A stretch of 64,000 nt of DNA from Candidatus Heimdallarchaeum aukensis (GTDB taxonomy: Archaea; Asgardarchaeota; Heimdallarchaeia; Heimdallarchaeales; Heimdallarchaeaceae): positions 2,688,001-2,752,000 of the forward strand of contig CP084166.1 in assembly GCA_021513695.1 (NCBI GenBank). The letters are read 5' to 3'. The translations under genes were made by a program, and so were the position numbers. Numbering within the stretch: position 1 is the stretch's first letter; every line of letters starts with the position of its first letter. The notes beneath the pieces were generated by a model, which searched no databases, was not told where the DNA came from, and saw nothing but the letters and a program-made list of their open reading frames with translations. Positions 39,637 through 49,451 of this stretch are shown in pieces.

Positions 39637-41223
39637 TTATTTTTCTATAATTGTTAAATAGTTCTTCTGTACATTTTCACTTACTGATACAATTTCCACC
39701 TTCTTGAATTTTTGAGGAGACTTTATCAGCTCATATATTAATAAAATATCAAATTCTTCAAAATGCTTCTGTCTTACTACTGAATCAGGTACTATATGTC
39801 CTATTATTTGATATCCATCAAAAATTCTTTTTTTCTTGTTTAACGATTTCTCGTTTACAGTTGAGCCTGATAACAGTAGAGAACACATCTCATTTTCATA
39901 AGTTATTGCATTTATTAACAAAATCTCTATATTTTTTATTATTTCTTCGTTTTTCTTTTCATGTGTTATTGAACTTATTGCAGGGGTTATATGAATAACA
40001 TCTTTTAGATTTTCTATGATTTTTTTCTTGATATCATTTCTTTTCAAACCAAATATTGCATCAGAATCGGTTATTGCGGATCGATATTTGTAAACTCCGG
40101 GTTTTCCAAGCAAACTATCAGAATCTGTTTTAATCTTTAGATTTTTTAATTTAACAATGTCACTAGAAGATGAAGCAAGGTCGTAAACCATAGTAATATT
40201 TATTGCATTAGCCAACAAGTAAGCATAGTTTTTTCTTATTCGTTGTTGTTCATCATCTGTCAACTTTTTAGTATTTTTCAAAGCTTCAGGAAAAATGGAT
40301 AGAGCTTTAGAATATCCTTTATAATCACCTAATCCATTTGCGATAGCAGCATAAAGAATAGATTTTTTAGTTGTTTTATGTTGTTTTACAAAGTCTAAAA
40401 GTAAGGGTAGAATTCGCTCTACTTGCTCATCAGAAATCTTGCTCATCATTGTTAGAATGGATAACCTTTTTGCTATTTCGTTAGGATTTTTAACTTTAGA
40501 GAGTGTACGTAGAACTAGATTAACTCCATCTACAACCATTGATTTATACTTAGGTGCAACTATTAATCCTTGATTTTCGCTAAAAAGGTGAAGAAAAAAG
40601 TCTGAGGCCATATGTAGTTTTGTAGATGAATAAGCATTATCTTTAACTATTTCTATTACTTTCTTACATGAGTCTGCAGCATCGTTGATTTTTTTGTTAA
40701 ACATATGCATTAATCCGATATTTACTTCTGTGTATACCAAATTTTCTACCATGTTGTTTTTTTCTGCTATTTGCTTCGATTTAATGAGATATTCAAGAGC
40801 TTTATCCTTTTCCAGAGTTCTATAAATGGCAAACAGAAGATTTAAGGACTTAACTATCAATTCGGGGTTATTTATTTTATATGCCATATTTTTTGCTTTT
40901 TCTGCAGCTTTTCTTGCCCCTTCATATTCATTGTTTATCATAAAAGAATTAGCTAAGTTTAGGTAAAACCTAACATAATTCTCTCTTGAAGATAAAGGAA
41001 TTAAAGGTTTTATTCTTTTAAGGAGAATTAAAGCTTGAGAACGTTTTTCTTCTAATAACAATTCATATGTTTCGGATAAAAGAAAATCAACAAAACTGCT
41101 GATATCCATCTCTCTCTCGATTTCAAGATCAGATAATAGTTGTTTTCTCTTTTTATTATCTACGACAATTTCCTTTAACTCATCGACGCTAAAAGCTCCA
41201 ATGTACTTAACTACATCGCTCAT
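39637..41223 (-). CDS. Hypothetical helical-repeat (TPR-like) protein, 528 aa
   Basis: Helical repeat composition. Immediately downstream of hisS on the same strand. Confidence 0.4.
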   Translation of the reverse strand: MSDVVKYIGAFSVDELKEIVVDNKKRKQLLSDLEIEREMDISSFVDFLLSETYELLLEEKRSQALILLKRIKPLIPLSSRENYVRFYLNLANSFMINNEYEGARKAAEKAKNMAYKINNPELIVKSLNLLFAIYRTLEKDKALEYLIKSKQIAEKNNMVENLVYTEVNIGLMHMFNKKINDAADSCKKVIEIVKDNAYSSTKLHMASDFFLHLFSENQGLIVAPKYKSMVVDGVNLVLRTLSKVKNPNEIAKRLSILTMMSKISDEQVERILPLLLDFVKQHKTTKKSILYAAIANGLGDYKGYSKALSIFPEALKNTKKLTDDEQQRIRKNYAYLLANAINITMVYDLASSSSDIVKLKNLKIKTDSDSLLGKPGVYKYRSAITDSDAIFGLKRNDIKKKIIENLKDVIHITPAISSITHEKKNEEIIKNIEILLINAITYENEMCSLLLSGSTVNEKSLNKKKRIFDGYQIIGHIVPDSVVRQKHFEEFDILLIYELIKSPQKFKKVEIVSVSENVQKNYLTIIEK

Positions 41224-41241
41224 ACTTCACCACTACCACTT

Positions 41242-42744
41242 TTATTCTGTGTTAACTATTTTTCTTAGTTCGTCCTCTATTCCTTCAATTGGAAGTAATG
41301 TTTGTTCTCCTGTTTCAAGGTTTCGTAGAGTTACTTTATTTTGCTCTAGTTCTCTTTTTCCAACTATTATCATGTGTTTAATTTTTCTAGCAGCTGCATC
41401 TTCTAATTGGTTGGATAATTTCCATCCAAAAGGGTTGAACAAGACTCTAAACTCTTTTCTTAGTCTTGCAGTTATATCTGCCGCTTCCTTTATAACTTTC
41501 TTATTTACAGGAGCAACATAAAAATCTACTTTTTGACAATAAGTAGGTAACCTTCCCAAATCTTCTAAGATTGCCATTAATACGGTTTCTCCCATCCCTA
41601 TTCCAGTTGCAGGTATCTTTTCTCCACCGAAACTTGAGACCAATTGATCATATCTTCCACCACCAGCTATGGCTCTTACAACAGAACCAGTACGATCAAA
41701 AAATTCATAGACAATACCCGTATAATAATCTAAACCTCTAGCAATTGAAGCATTATATTCACAATTATTGATAACTCCAAAATATTCTAAATAAATAGCT
41801 AGTTCTCTTAATTTTTCTAATGCTAAACTAGCTTTCTCTCCCAAATCCAATTTTGAAATTTCTTCGAGGAAGAAAGAAGGCGTCCCTTTAGTTTTTGAAA
41901 AAAAGTATACCTTCTCTGCAATTTCTTCATCCAACCCTATTTTTATGAGCGTTTCAATGATTTTCTGTTTCTCTATTTCTGGGGAAAGTTCGTAATAATA
42001 ATTTATGTACTCCTTATCTTTATTGGATAAGTTTGGGAACTCTTTCTCTTTTTTTTGCTTTTTTAGTCTAACAAAAGTTGCAATTTCTTTTGCTTTAGAA
42101 GCAGTAAATTTTTTTTCTAAAAGTTCTTCTACAATAAAATCTTGGATGTACTTCTCTTTTGAATCTAAAACTTTGATTACATCAAGGTAATTTTCAATTC
42201 CTAAGTATTCAATATAACTTTGAACTAACTCTCTACTATTTATTACACAGATAAATTCTCCATCTTTTAATCCACTAGTTTTAATAATGTTACATGTTAA
42301 AGCAATAATTTCTGCATCAGCTGCAGGGTGATCGACACCTATAATATCTGCATTAAATTGAAAAAATTCTCTTACTCTCCCTTTCTGAGGAGTTTCATTT
42401 CTAAAAATTCTAGGTATTGAAAACCAGCGGATTGGTTTAGGATAACGTTGTTGTTCATTTACAATCATTCTAGCTAAAGTGGGTGTTTGCTCTGGACGAA
42501 GAACAAGTTTTCGATCATCTTTACCTTTAACAATAAAAGTCTCTTCTAATATTTCCTCACCTGATTTAATCTCAATTAATTTTGCATATTCTAAAGAAGG
42601 GCCTTCGTATTCCTCATAACCAAAACTTTCAGAGACTTTTTTCATAATATCTAGAATGTAGTTTACCTTCGCAAAATCTGCAGGATAATAATCTCGAAAA
42701 CCTTTAATTCCTTTTAGTATCTCCTTAAGTACTCCGTCATCCAT
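41242..42744 (-). CDS. hisS: Histidyl-tRNA synthetase (class II)
   Basis: 'GFRDYYP...RPEQTP...RWFSIPRIFRNE' (motif 1/2) and 'AIAGGGRYD' (motif 3). Confidence 0.9.
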   Translation of the reverse strand: MDDGVLKEILKGIKGFRDYYPADFAKVNYILDIMKKVSESFGYEEYEGPSLEYAKLIEIKSGEEILEETFIVKGKDDRKLVLRPEQTPTLARMIVNEQQRYPKPIRWFSIPRIFRNETPQKGRVREFFQFNADIIGVDHPAADAEIIALTCNIIKTSGLKDGEFICVINSRELVQSYIEYLGIENYLDVIKVLDSKEKYIQDFIVEELLEKKFTASKAKEIATFVRLKKQKKEKEFPNLSNKDKEYINYYYELSPEIEKQKIIETLIKIGLDEEIAEKVYFFSKTKGTPSFFLEEISKLDLGEKASLALEKLRELAIYLEYFGVINNCEYNASIARGLDYYTGIVYEFFDRTGSVVRAIAGGGRYDQLVSSFGGEKIPATGIGMGETVLMAILEDLGRLPTYCQKVDFYVAPVNKKVIKEAADITARLRKEFRVLFNPFGWKLSNQLEDAAARKIKHMIIVGKRELEQNKVTLRNLETGEQTLLPIEGIEDELRKIVNTE

Positions 42745-42863
42745 TTAATTTCAAAGACAATTTCCAGAGGAGTTTAAATAATTTAGCTTCTTTAAGATAT
42801 TTCTAGATATATGCCAGTAGAAAAATTAAGGAAAAAAAAAGAATAAATGTTAAAATGATCTAT

Positions 42864-43844
42864 CTATTCATCTTGAAAATCTCTTATTAGGGTAACTTCA
42901 AAGAGTGGTGCAGCTTTTACAGACCAGAAAACTTGTTTATCTATTATATTGCTTAGAAGGTAACGCGTTATTTCAGTTTCAGTTAAACCTGTTTTTGTTT
43001 TCTTGATACCTTGTAAATCCTTCACAAATTCTATCAACAATTTCGTTAATAGATTTGTAGATCTTATTTGTTCCATTCTGGTGGTAACTAACCAACACGA
43101 AACAGAATCATCAGCAGCCATGATAAACTGACGGTCTCTATATTTCAAAATTTCAATTATAGGAAAATGACTAGAAGAAAATTTACACTGAATGACTGGA
43201 GATAAAATATCAGAGTTCAAATTAGATTGAGGAGTAGTTAATCTCATCTCGTAAACTCCCTTATCAGTTTTGATGTAAGAAATAAACATCTCAACAGTTA
43301 TTTTGTCAACTATTAATTGTTGGATAATGCTTGAAGCTAACCAATTAATTGTTCTATCAAAATTTTTTCCTGAACTAAAGGATGTGCTTAAATACTCGAT
43401 GTTTTTTTTTCTTACTCCATCTGAAAATTTCTTAACTATGGATTTTACTTCAGAGTTAGAGAATTCTTCATCTCTCATGTTAAATAATACTAAAACAGGA
43501 TTTTCTTCTTTTAACCAATTTAAAGAGCGAGTAAACCACTTTTTAGATTCATGTAGCTGATCTTTTTTAGTAATATCTGTAACATAAATAAGTGCATCAG
43601 AGCGAGAAATAAAACTCTTCCATAAGGTCTTTCTAAAAGAAGGAAGACCACCTAAATCAGTAATATCTAATATTATACCATCGGCATTATATAACTCGTG
43701 GTTAACTCCCATTGTAGAAGTGATAATGGTGTTGTTGTAACCTAATAGACGGTTAATGAAATAAGTTTTGCCAGAATTTTCTAATCCAGCAACAGTAACA
43801 GAAATATCACGTTTCAAATAATAATAATTCGGTGACACATCCAA
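42864..43844 (-). CDS. Rag/Gtr-like small GTPase with a C-terminal extension of about 150 aa (possible roadblock/longin-type domain)
   Basis: G1 'VAGLENSGKTYFINRL'. Switch-I Thr in 'IITSTMGV'. G3 'LDITDLGG'. 'ALIYVTDI' then 'VLVLFNMRDEE' parallel RagA 'VLIYVFDV' and 'LVHKMDL' (an H/N-K/M-x-D G4 variant). 326 aa matches Rag length. Confidence 0.55.
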   Translation of the reverse strand: MDVSPNYYYLKRDISVTVAGLENSGKTYFINRLLGYNNTIITSTMGVNHELYNADGIILDITDLGGLPSFRKTLWKSFISRSDALIYVTDITKKDQLHESKKWFTRSLNWLKEENPVLVLFNMRDEEFSNSEVKSIVKKFSDGVRKKNIEYLSTSFSSGKNFDRTINWLASSIIQQLIVDKITVEMFISYIKTDKGVYEMRLTTPQSNLNSDILSPVIQCKFSSSHFPIIEILKYRDRQFIMAADDSVSCWLVTTRMEQIRSTNLLTKLLIEFVKDLQGIKKTKTGLTETEITRYLLSNIIDKQVFWSVKAAPLFEVTLIRDFQDE

Positions 43845-44274
43845 TCCCCAGCAATAGGTAACCCCGAAACGATCTTCATCGTAAGTAGATGTAAATTGAA
43901 TATTAAGAAGAAATACTTCTTAGTATATTCAGATTTTTAACATCCAATGAAGATTGTTTATTAAACTAGTATTAACAATATAAATATATAATTATATCGT
44001 TTTTAGTTTAAATGAACTTCTTTTAAAGTTAAAATCGTTGAAAAAAAAATTAGAGGATTGAATTAGATGAAATTACAAGAAAAAAATCAAAAAAGAGGAA
44101 GAAAGAAAAACAAAAAAAAAGCTTTTAGTTAAATTGGGAGACTGCTACTTAAAAAGAATTATCTGAACCTATAAATAGAAAGTAATGCTTATAAATGCGT
44201 CTGGTTTTCGTTGTTATAGTTAGTATAAGGAAATTTATTGTTCAAAGTGAACAAAAAGAAAAAGGTGAAATTAT

Positions 44275-45282
44275 TTGAGTTTAAAAGGATATATACTCAG
44301 ACGAACAATCTACATAGTTCCTATTATGCTTGCAATTACACTAATGAACTTTACACTGATTAACATCAGTCCAGGAGATCCTGTTTTAGTAAGATTAGGA
44401 CTGATTAAATGTGAAACACCTGAATGTTACAACGCAGCGTACAACAAAGAAGCAATAGAAATGGGACTACTAGATAATAGTTTATACACTGTTCCATGGT
44501 TCGAAAGATATATAGATTTTGTAAATGATCTATTGCATTTCGACCTAGGAAAAAGCTGGTCATATACCCAAGCAGGAGAAGGGATACCGATATCGAAAAT
44601 AATTGGAGACCACGCAGTTTATACGGTGGTGCTAAACTTACTATCATTTGTTTTATCACTATTATTATCAACAGCAATAGGGGTAGTATCAGCAACAAGA
44701 CAAAACAGTTTCTGGGATAGAACACTAACAGTAGCAATGCTATTAGGATATTCTATGCCTTTGTTCTGGTTAGCAAAATTGTTAATGCTAGTGTCCTATT
44801 ATTTATTTAACTTTACAGGAGTAGCAAACAAATCGGCGTTTAACAAACCGTTAATACTGAACCCGATGTTCTATAAGTTCTTAATATTACCAACATTGTC
44901 ACTAACACTGGGTGGACTAGTGTTCATGGCAAGGTTAATTAGATCACAACTGCTGGAGATATTAAGACAAGATTACATAACAACTGCAAAATCAAAAGGA
45001 TTAGATAGAAGAGCAGTAATATACAAACACGCGTTCAGAAATGGTTTATTGCCTATAGTAACAATTATAGGAAATTCACTACCAGGATTACTATCCGGGT
45101 CAGTAATGGTTGAGTCAGTCTTCGGATGGCCAGGATTAGGAACAATATTCCTAGAAGCTGCATTTATGAGAGATTATCCAATGATGATGGCAACAAACAC
45201 AATATTTCCATTCCTGTTCCTAATAGCAAGATTGCTGACAGATATAACCTATGTCTTTATAGACCCGAGAATAAAATACTAA
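44275..45282 (+). CDS. oppB: Oligopeptide/dipeptide ABC transporter permease (OppB/DppB-like)
   Basis: 6 TM. 'EAA'-loop region 'ITTAKSKGLDRRAVIYKHAFRNGLLPIVT'. Confidence 0.8.
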   Translation: MSLKGYILRRTIYIVPIMLAITLMNFTLINISPGDPVLVRLGLIKCETPECYNAAYNKEAIEMGLLDNSLYTVPWFERYIDFVNDLLHFDLGKSWSYTQAGEGIPISKIIGDHAVYTVVLNLLSFVLSLLLSTAIGVVSATRQNSFWDRTLTVAMLLGYSMPLFWLAKLLMLVSYYLFNFTGVANKSAFNKPLILNPMFYKFLILPTLSLTLGGLVFMARLIRSQLLEILRQDYITTAKSKGLDRRAVIYKHAFRNGLLPIVTIIGNSLPGLLSGSVMVESVFGWPGLGTIFLEAAFMRDYPMMMATNTIFPFLFLIARLLTDITYVFIDPRIKY

Positions 45283-45301
45283 AAGAGGAGAGTAAAGAAA
45301 A

Positions 45302-46363
45302 ATGGCAACAGTTGATAAAAAAGCAGTAGAAGAGGAAGGACCAATTCTAGATGAAACAACTTTAAAAGAAATTGAAAGCATGAAAGGAGCAGGACAATGG
45401 TCTATTGTATGGAGAAGATTGAAAAAGGATACAATGGGAATGGTAGGATTATACATTGTAACATTCCTAATATTGATGGCAATAGTGTCCTGGTTCTTAC
45501 TAATGTACGATAAATGGCTATTTAATAATGTAGCACTAACAAGAGATCCAGATAATCCATACTCACTAGCTAATCTATATGTAGACTTCTGGCTACCTGG
45601 AATGAAGGAACCAATAATACTGTTCCAACATCCAGAATGGCAATTCGCAGATCAAGTAAAATTGCCACCAAGCATTGAACACCCATTTGGAACAGATAAA
45701 AACGGAAGAGATATGTTCTCAAGAGTGTTCTTTGGAGCTACAATATCAATGGCTCTAGGTTTCATTGGACAAATGACAACCGTAATCATCGGAACAATTT
45801 TAGGATCACTTTCTGGATATTATGGTGGATTATTTGACGACATCCTACAAAGAATAGTAGAATTACTATACTCAATGCCTGGATTTATCTTGCTAGTGTT
45901 CGTAATCGTGCTATTCGAAAATACAAATATACCAGGAGGAAGATACGCAGTAGTAGTAATATTCTTCTCACTAATAAGCTGGGGAGGAACAGCACTTATA
46001 GTAAGATCGAACTTCTTCTCGCTAAAACAACAAGACTTTGTAGAAGCAGAAAAAGCACTAGGGGCAGCAGACATGAGAATAATATTCAGACATATACTAC
46101 CAAACTCACTAGCACCACTGATAATTATAATAACGCTAGGTATAGCAGGAACAATATTCACATTCGCAGCACTAGCATTCTACGGATTCGGAGACCCAAA
46201 CGTCGTTTCCTGGGGTGACGACCTTAACCGCTGGCAAAATGATCTCATGACTTATCCGTGGATGCCCATGTTTCCCGCTCTAATGATATTTTTCACAGTG
46301 TTGGGTTTCAACTTACTTGGTGACGCCCTTCGTGATGCTCTTGATCCTCGTTTGAAAGATTAA
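45302..46363 (+). CDS. oppC: Oligopeptide/dipeptide ABC transporter permease (OppC/DppC-like)
   Basis: 'VEAEKALGAADMRIIFRHILPNSLAPLII' is the EAA loop. N-terminal extension before TM1 is typical of OppC. Confidence 0.8.
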   Translation: MATVDKKAVEEEGPILDETTLKEIESMKGAGQWSIVWRRLKKDTMGMVGLYIVTFLILMAIVSWFLLMYDKWLFNNVALTRDPDNPYSLANLYVDFWLPGMKEPIILFQHPEWQFADQVKLPPSIEHPFGTDKNGRDMFSRVFFGATISMALGFIGQMTTVIIGTILGSLSGYYGGLFDDILQRIVELLYSMPGFILLVFVIVLFENTNIPGGRYAVVVIFFSLISWGGTALIVRSNFFSLKQQDFVEAEKALGAADMRIIFRHILPNSLAPLIIIITLGIAGTIFTFAALAFYGFGDPNVVSWGDDLNRWQNDLMTYPWMPMFPALMIFFTVLGFNLLGDALRDALDPRLKD

Positions 46364-46650
46364 ATTAATTCTTTTTTTCCTTTTTCAATTATTTTTTCAA
46401 CTATTTCTAAAAATAATAATACTTTGAGTTTAGATAGACTCTTGTAACTTTTAAGGAAGTAGAAGCGCTAATTTATCTCTTTCAATAAAATTATTCCAGA
46501 AAACAATTGACATTTATTTCCTATCCTGTTGTTCATCAAGCAGAATTTGAGCAACCTATGCTTATATAGCATGTGGAAAAGCTTATACAGAAGGCAGAAA
46601 AGCGACATAATTATTATAAATATCTGTAAGAAAATATAGTCGCTCAACTA

Positions 46651-47340
46651 GTGGAAAATGTAACAAGGGAGATAAAAAAATCATGCCTAAATTACTTAGG
46701 AAAAAAAATTATGTATAAATTGCTGGGAAAATTATTAATACTAATATTACTGCTTCCAATACTTATTTTTCATGGTGTGTTATCAATTAGAGGTGCTCAA
46801 CCTGTTCTCGCTTCTAGAATTTCTGAGATTACTGAAATCACAATTTCTGAATCTACTGATAACCCTTTATTTGAAAATTATACTGCTTTTAAAATCGAAG
46901 CTGAAGTAGAGATCTTAAATAGAGCTGATGAAAATCAAACAGTTATTTCTCCTGATCTTAAACTTATGATTAATGCAAGCTTGGTTAATCAATCATTGAA
47001 GTTGGTAGTGGAAGCAATGGGTTCTTGTATGGTTACTTACGACACCTATTCTCCTGGTATCACTATTGAAAATCACTCTCTTAAATTCTATATTAATCAA
47101 ACGGATTTAAGTTATCTCCCTGATGGTAATTATACTCTCTGGAGACCTATTAATGGGGGAGAAGAATTACCTACGATTATTATAATTAAATCTGGTATAA
47201 TGAATATTACTTACAGTAGTTTTGGCAATCAAGAGACTGAAGCGGTGAGCTTTTTCCTTCTGTTTCCTTTAATGTTATTCCTTCCACTCTTTTCATATGT
47301 GATTGTCTTTTCTAAATGTAAAAAGTCAGAGATTGCTTAA
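46651..47340 (+). CDS. Membrane-anchored extracellular protein (N-terminal signal/TM, N-glycosylation-sequon-rich ectodomain, C-terminal TM anchor)
   Basis: 'MYKLLGKLLILILLLPILIF' near the N-terminus, several N-x-S/T sequons, and C-terminal 'VSFFLLFPLMLFLPLFSYVIVF'. Its 3' end plus downstream sequence is repeated at 51467..51564. Confidence 0.4.
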   Translation: MENVTREIKKSCLNYLGKKIMYKLLGKLLILILLLPILIFHGVLSIRGAQPVLASRISEITEITISESTDNPLFENYTAFKIEAEVEILNRADENQTVISPDLKLMINASLVNQSLKLVVEAMGSCMVTYDTYSPGITIENHSLKFYINQTDLSYLPDGNYTLWRPINGGEELPTIIIIKSGIMNITYSSFGNQETEAVSFFLLFPLMLFLPLFSYVIVFSKCKKSEIA

Positions 47341-47391
47341 AAGTTTCTTAGAAAAAAAACCTTACCATTTTTTGTTAAATTTTTGCCTTTG
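47299..47391. repeat. Left copy of a ~95-bp direct repeat (3' end of the 46651 gene plus downstream)
   Basis: 'ttttctaaatgtaaaaagtcagagattgcttaaaagtttcttagaaaaaaaaccttaccattttttgttaaatttttgccttt' re-occurs at 51467..51564 with a few mismatches. Confidence 0.8.
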
Positions 47392-47539
47392 TAATCATCT
47401 TATGTGCTCTTTAGGAATTATTTAAGAGATTATATGCGACAAAGGAGTTTTGTACTGACGTGGATGAAGAAGTACATAAATTTTTTAATGTTTTTGGGAA
47501 TATGATTTAAATCTTTATAATTGGAGGAAAATTGTTCTC

Positions 47540-48484
47540 ATGTTATCAGCTAGCAATATATCAAAAACATATCCGAATGGTATTAAAGCATTGCAAGACG
47601 TAAATCTTGAGGTTTCCGAAGGAGAGATAATGGGATTTATTGGCCTAAATGGTGCAGGAAAGACTACTTTTATTAAAATTGCGAATGGTGTGCTGCAAAA
47701 TGATACAGGTAACATTACGATATGTGGTATGAACCCCATATCTGAATTAAAAAAAATAACTCGTAAAATTGCTTGGATTCCTCAAGATGGTCTAAGAAAA
47801 TTCAACACATTTCTTTCTGGTCGTGATAATATAATCTATTTTTCAAGACTGAAGGGTATGAATTCCTTGCAGATTAATCAAAAGTTAGATGAACTCTTGG
47901 AGCATCTATGTCCAGCAAAGGATTTTATTGATAAGAAAATTTCAATTATGAGTGGAGGACAAAAGCAATTGTGCAATCTGTTAACGGGTTTTGTGTTAGA
48001 TAGCGAGTTTCTATTTTGTGATGAAATTTCAGTAAATATTGATCCTATAACCTTAGATAAGATCTACTCTTATTTGCGAGAATATGCATCAGAAGGTAAG
48101 TCTGTATTATTAACCTCACAAAATCTCCATGAAATTGAAGAGTTGTCAAACACTATCGCACTATTACACAAAGGAAAGATTATGCAGGTAGGAAAACCAA
48201 AGGACATATCCAATAAACTTCTAAAATATGAAATAATCGACATAGGGTTTGAAGAAAGAATGAAGGAACTGAATTCAATAAAAGATTTTAGCTTAAAACT
48301 GGAATCAATAGCTGATAAAATAATTATTGATAATGAAAAAAATTTGATACGTATTTATTGTGAAGATTCACTGAGCCTTTTACCTCAAGTAGTTGAGTTT
48401 CTAAAAGAGTATAACTTTGCTGCATCTATAGAAAGTGGTAAAGCTGATTTAACTAATGCAATTATAACTTTAGCGGGGAGATAA
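47540..48484 (+). CDS. ABC transporter ATP-binding protein (ABC-2/CcmA-like) with a C-terminal accessory domain of about 90 aa
   Basis: Walker A 'GLNGAGKTT', signature 'MSGGQKQ', Walker B 'FLFCDE'. 'ggagg' lies 8 nt upstream of the ATG. Confidence 0.8.
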   Translation: MLSASNISKTYPNGIKALQDVNLEVSEGEIMGFIGLNGAGKTTFIKIANGVLQNDTGNITICGMNPISELKKITRKIAWIPQDGLRKFNTFLSGRDNIIYFSRLKGMNSLQINQKLDELLEHLCPAKDFIDKKISIMSGGQKQLCNLLTGFVLDSEFLFCDEISVNIDPITLDKIYSYLREYASEGKSVLLTSQNLHEIEELSNTIALLHKGKIMQVGKPKDISNKLLKYEIIDIGFEERMKELNSIKDFSLKLESIADKIIIDNEKNLIRIYCEDSLSLLPQVVEFLKEYNFAASIESGKADLTNAIITLAGR

Positions 48485-48486
48485 CT

Positions 48487-49326
48487 ATGAAAACGTTTAT
48501 TGCGAACTTTATAACACAAATAAAATATTTTACTGGCCTCAGAGTCATATGGATTTCAAGGATCGTTTATGTTTTTGTATCCTTACTCACCTCATTTACA
48601 ATGGGTATGGTGTATAAATTTAATGAAGCAACACAAAATTTGATAGGTGTCCAAAATGTTGCTATATTTGTTCTTACTGGCTTTTTCTTGCAATTTTTAA
48701 TGAATGCAAGTTCAGGTTATACACCAGCAGCAGTTAGGGAGATGATACAAAATGGAAACCTTGAGTATTCAGTACATTGTGGAGCTAATATTGTTCAACA
48801 AATATTGGGTATATACATCGCTTCATATCTCTTCGATTTCGTTATTTGTTTGCCTTTCATTGTTACTTTGTCTCTCTTAACCATTAATACAATTTCAGTT
48901 TACGCTTTATTGTCTTTTATAGGTTTTCTCTTTATTTCAGGTTTGTGTCTTTTTTCTATAGGCTTTCTGTTTTCTTCTCTTTACGTTCTGAGCAAGGGAT
49001 TTCTTGGTTTTCATAGTGTGATTGCAAACATAGTCTACTTTATCTGTGGGGTCTATTTTCCAATACAAGGCTATTTAACTCTATTCGGTTCTGTGGGTGG
49101 CTGGATTGCCATAGCTATTGTGTCTATTTTTCCGTATACATATGTATTTGACCTATCACGTTATATGATTTTTCTCGGGCAAAATTATCAAACGTTTTTA
49201 CCTTTTGGTATTGAATTGATAATATTCATTTGTTCTTCAATTTTAATAATGCTTATTGCAATGCAACTATTCAAGTTAGGATTTAAAAGAATGAGAAAAA
49301 AAGGTTTCATAAGTTTTATCTACTAA
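48487..49326 (+). CDS. ABC-2-type transporter permease
   Basis: Six hydrophobic helices. Start overlaps the upstream ATPase stop by spacing, which suggests an operon. Confidence 0.6.
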   Translation: MKTFIANFITQIKYFTGLRVIWISRIVYVFVSLLTSFTMGMVYKFNEATQNLIGVQNVAIFVLTGFFLQFLMNASSGYTPAAVREMIQNGNLEYSVHCGANIVQQILGIYIASYLFDFVICLPFIVTLSLLTINTISVYALLSFIGFLFISGLCLFSIGFLFSSLYVLSKGFLGFHSVIANIVYFICGVYFPIQGYLTLFGSVGGWIAIAIVSIFPYTYVFDLSRYMIFLGQNYQTFLPFGIELIIFICSSILIMLIAMQLFKLGFKRMRKKGFISFIY

Positions 49327-49451
49327 TTCTAAATTTTCATTTTTCCCTTATTTTTTCTTATTCTTCCTTTTTCTTGATTTTTAGATTGTTTTTACTGCAA
49401 CTTATTAAGTAACAATTAAAAATAATAAAACTAATTATCTCTTGATTAAAC

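Noticed and set aside
44067-44132. 21-codon highly basic ORF 'MKLQEKNQKRGRKKNKKKAFS' in the oppB upstream region. Considered as a ribosomal eL41-like peptide.
   Set aside because: The sequence does not match the eL41 R/K-rich consensus, and the region is a poly-A/G-rich promoter spacer. Too short to support from sequence alone.
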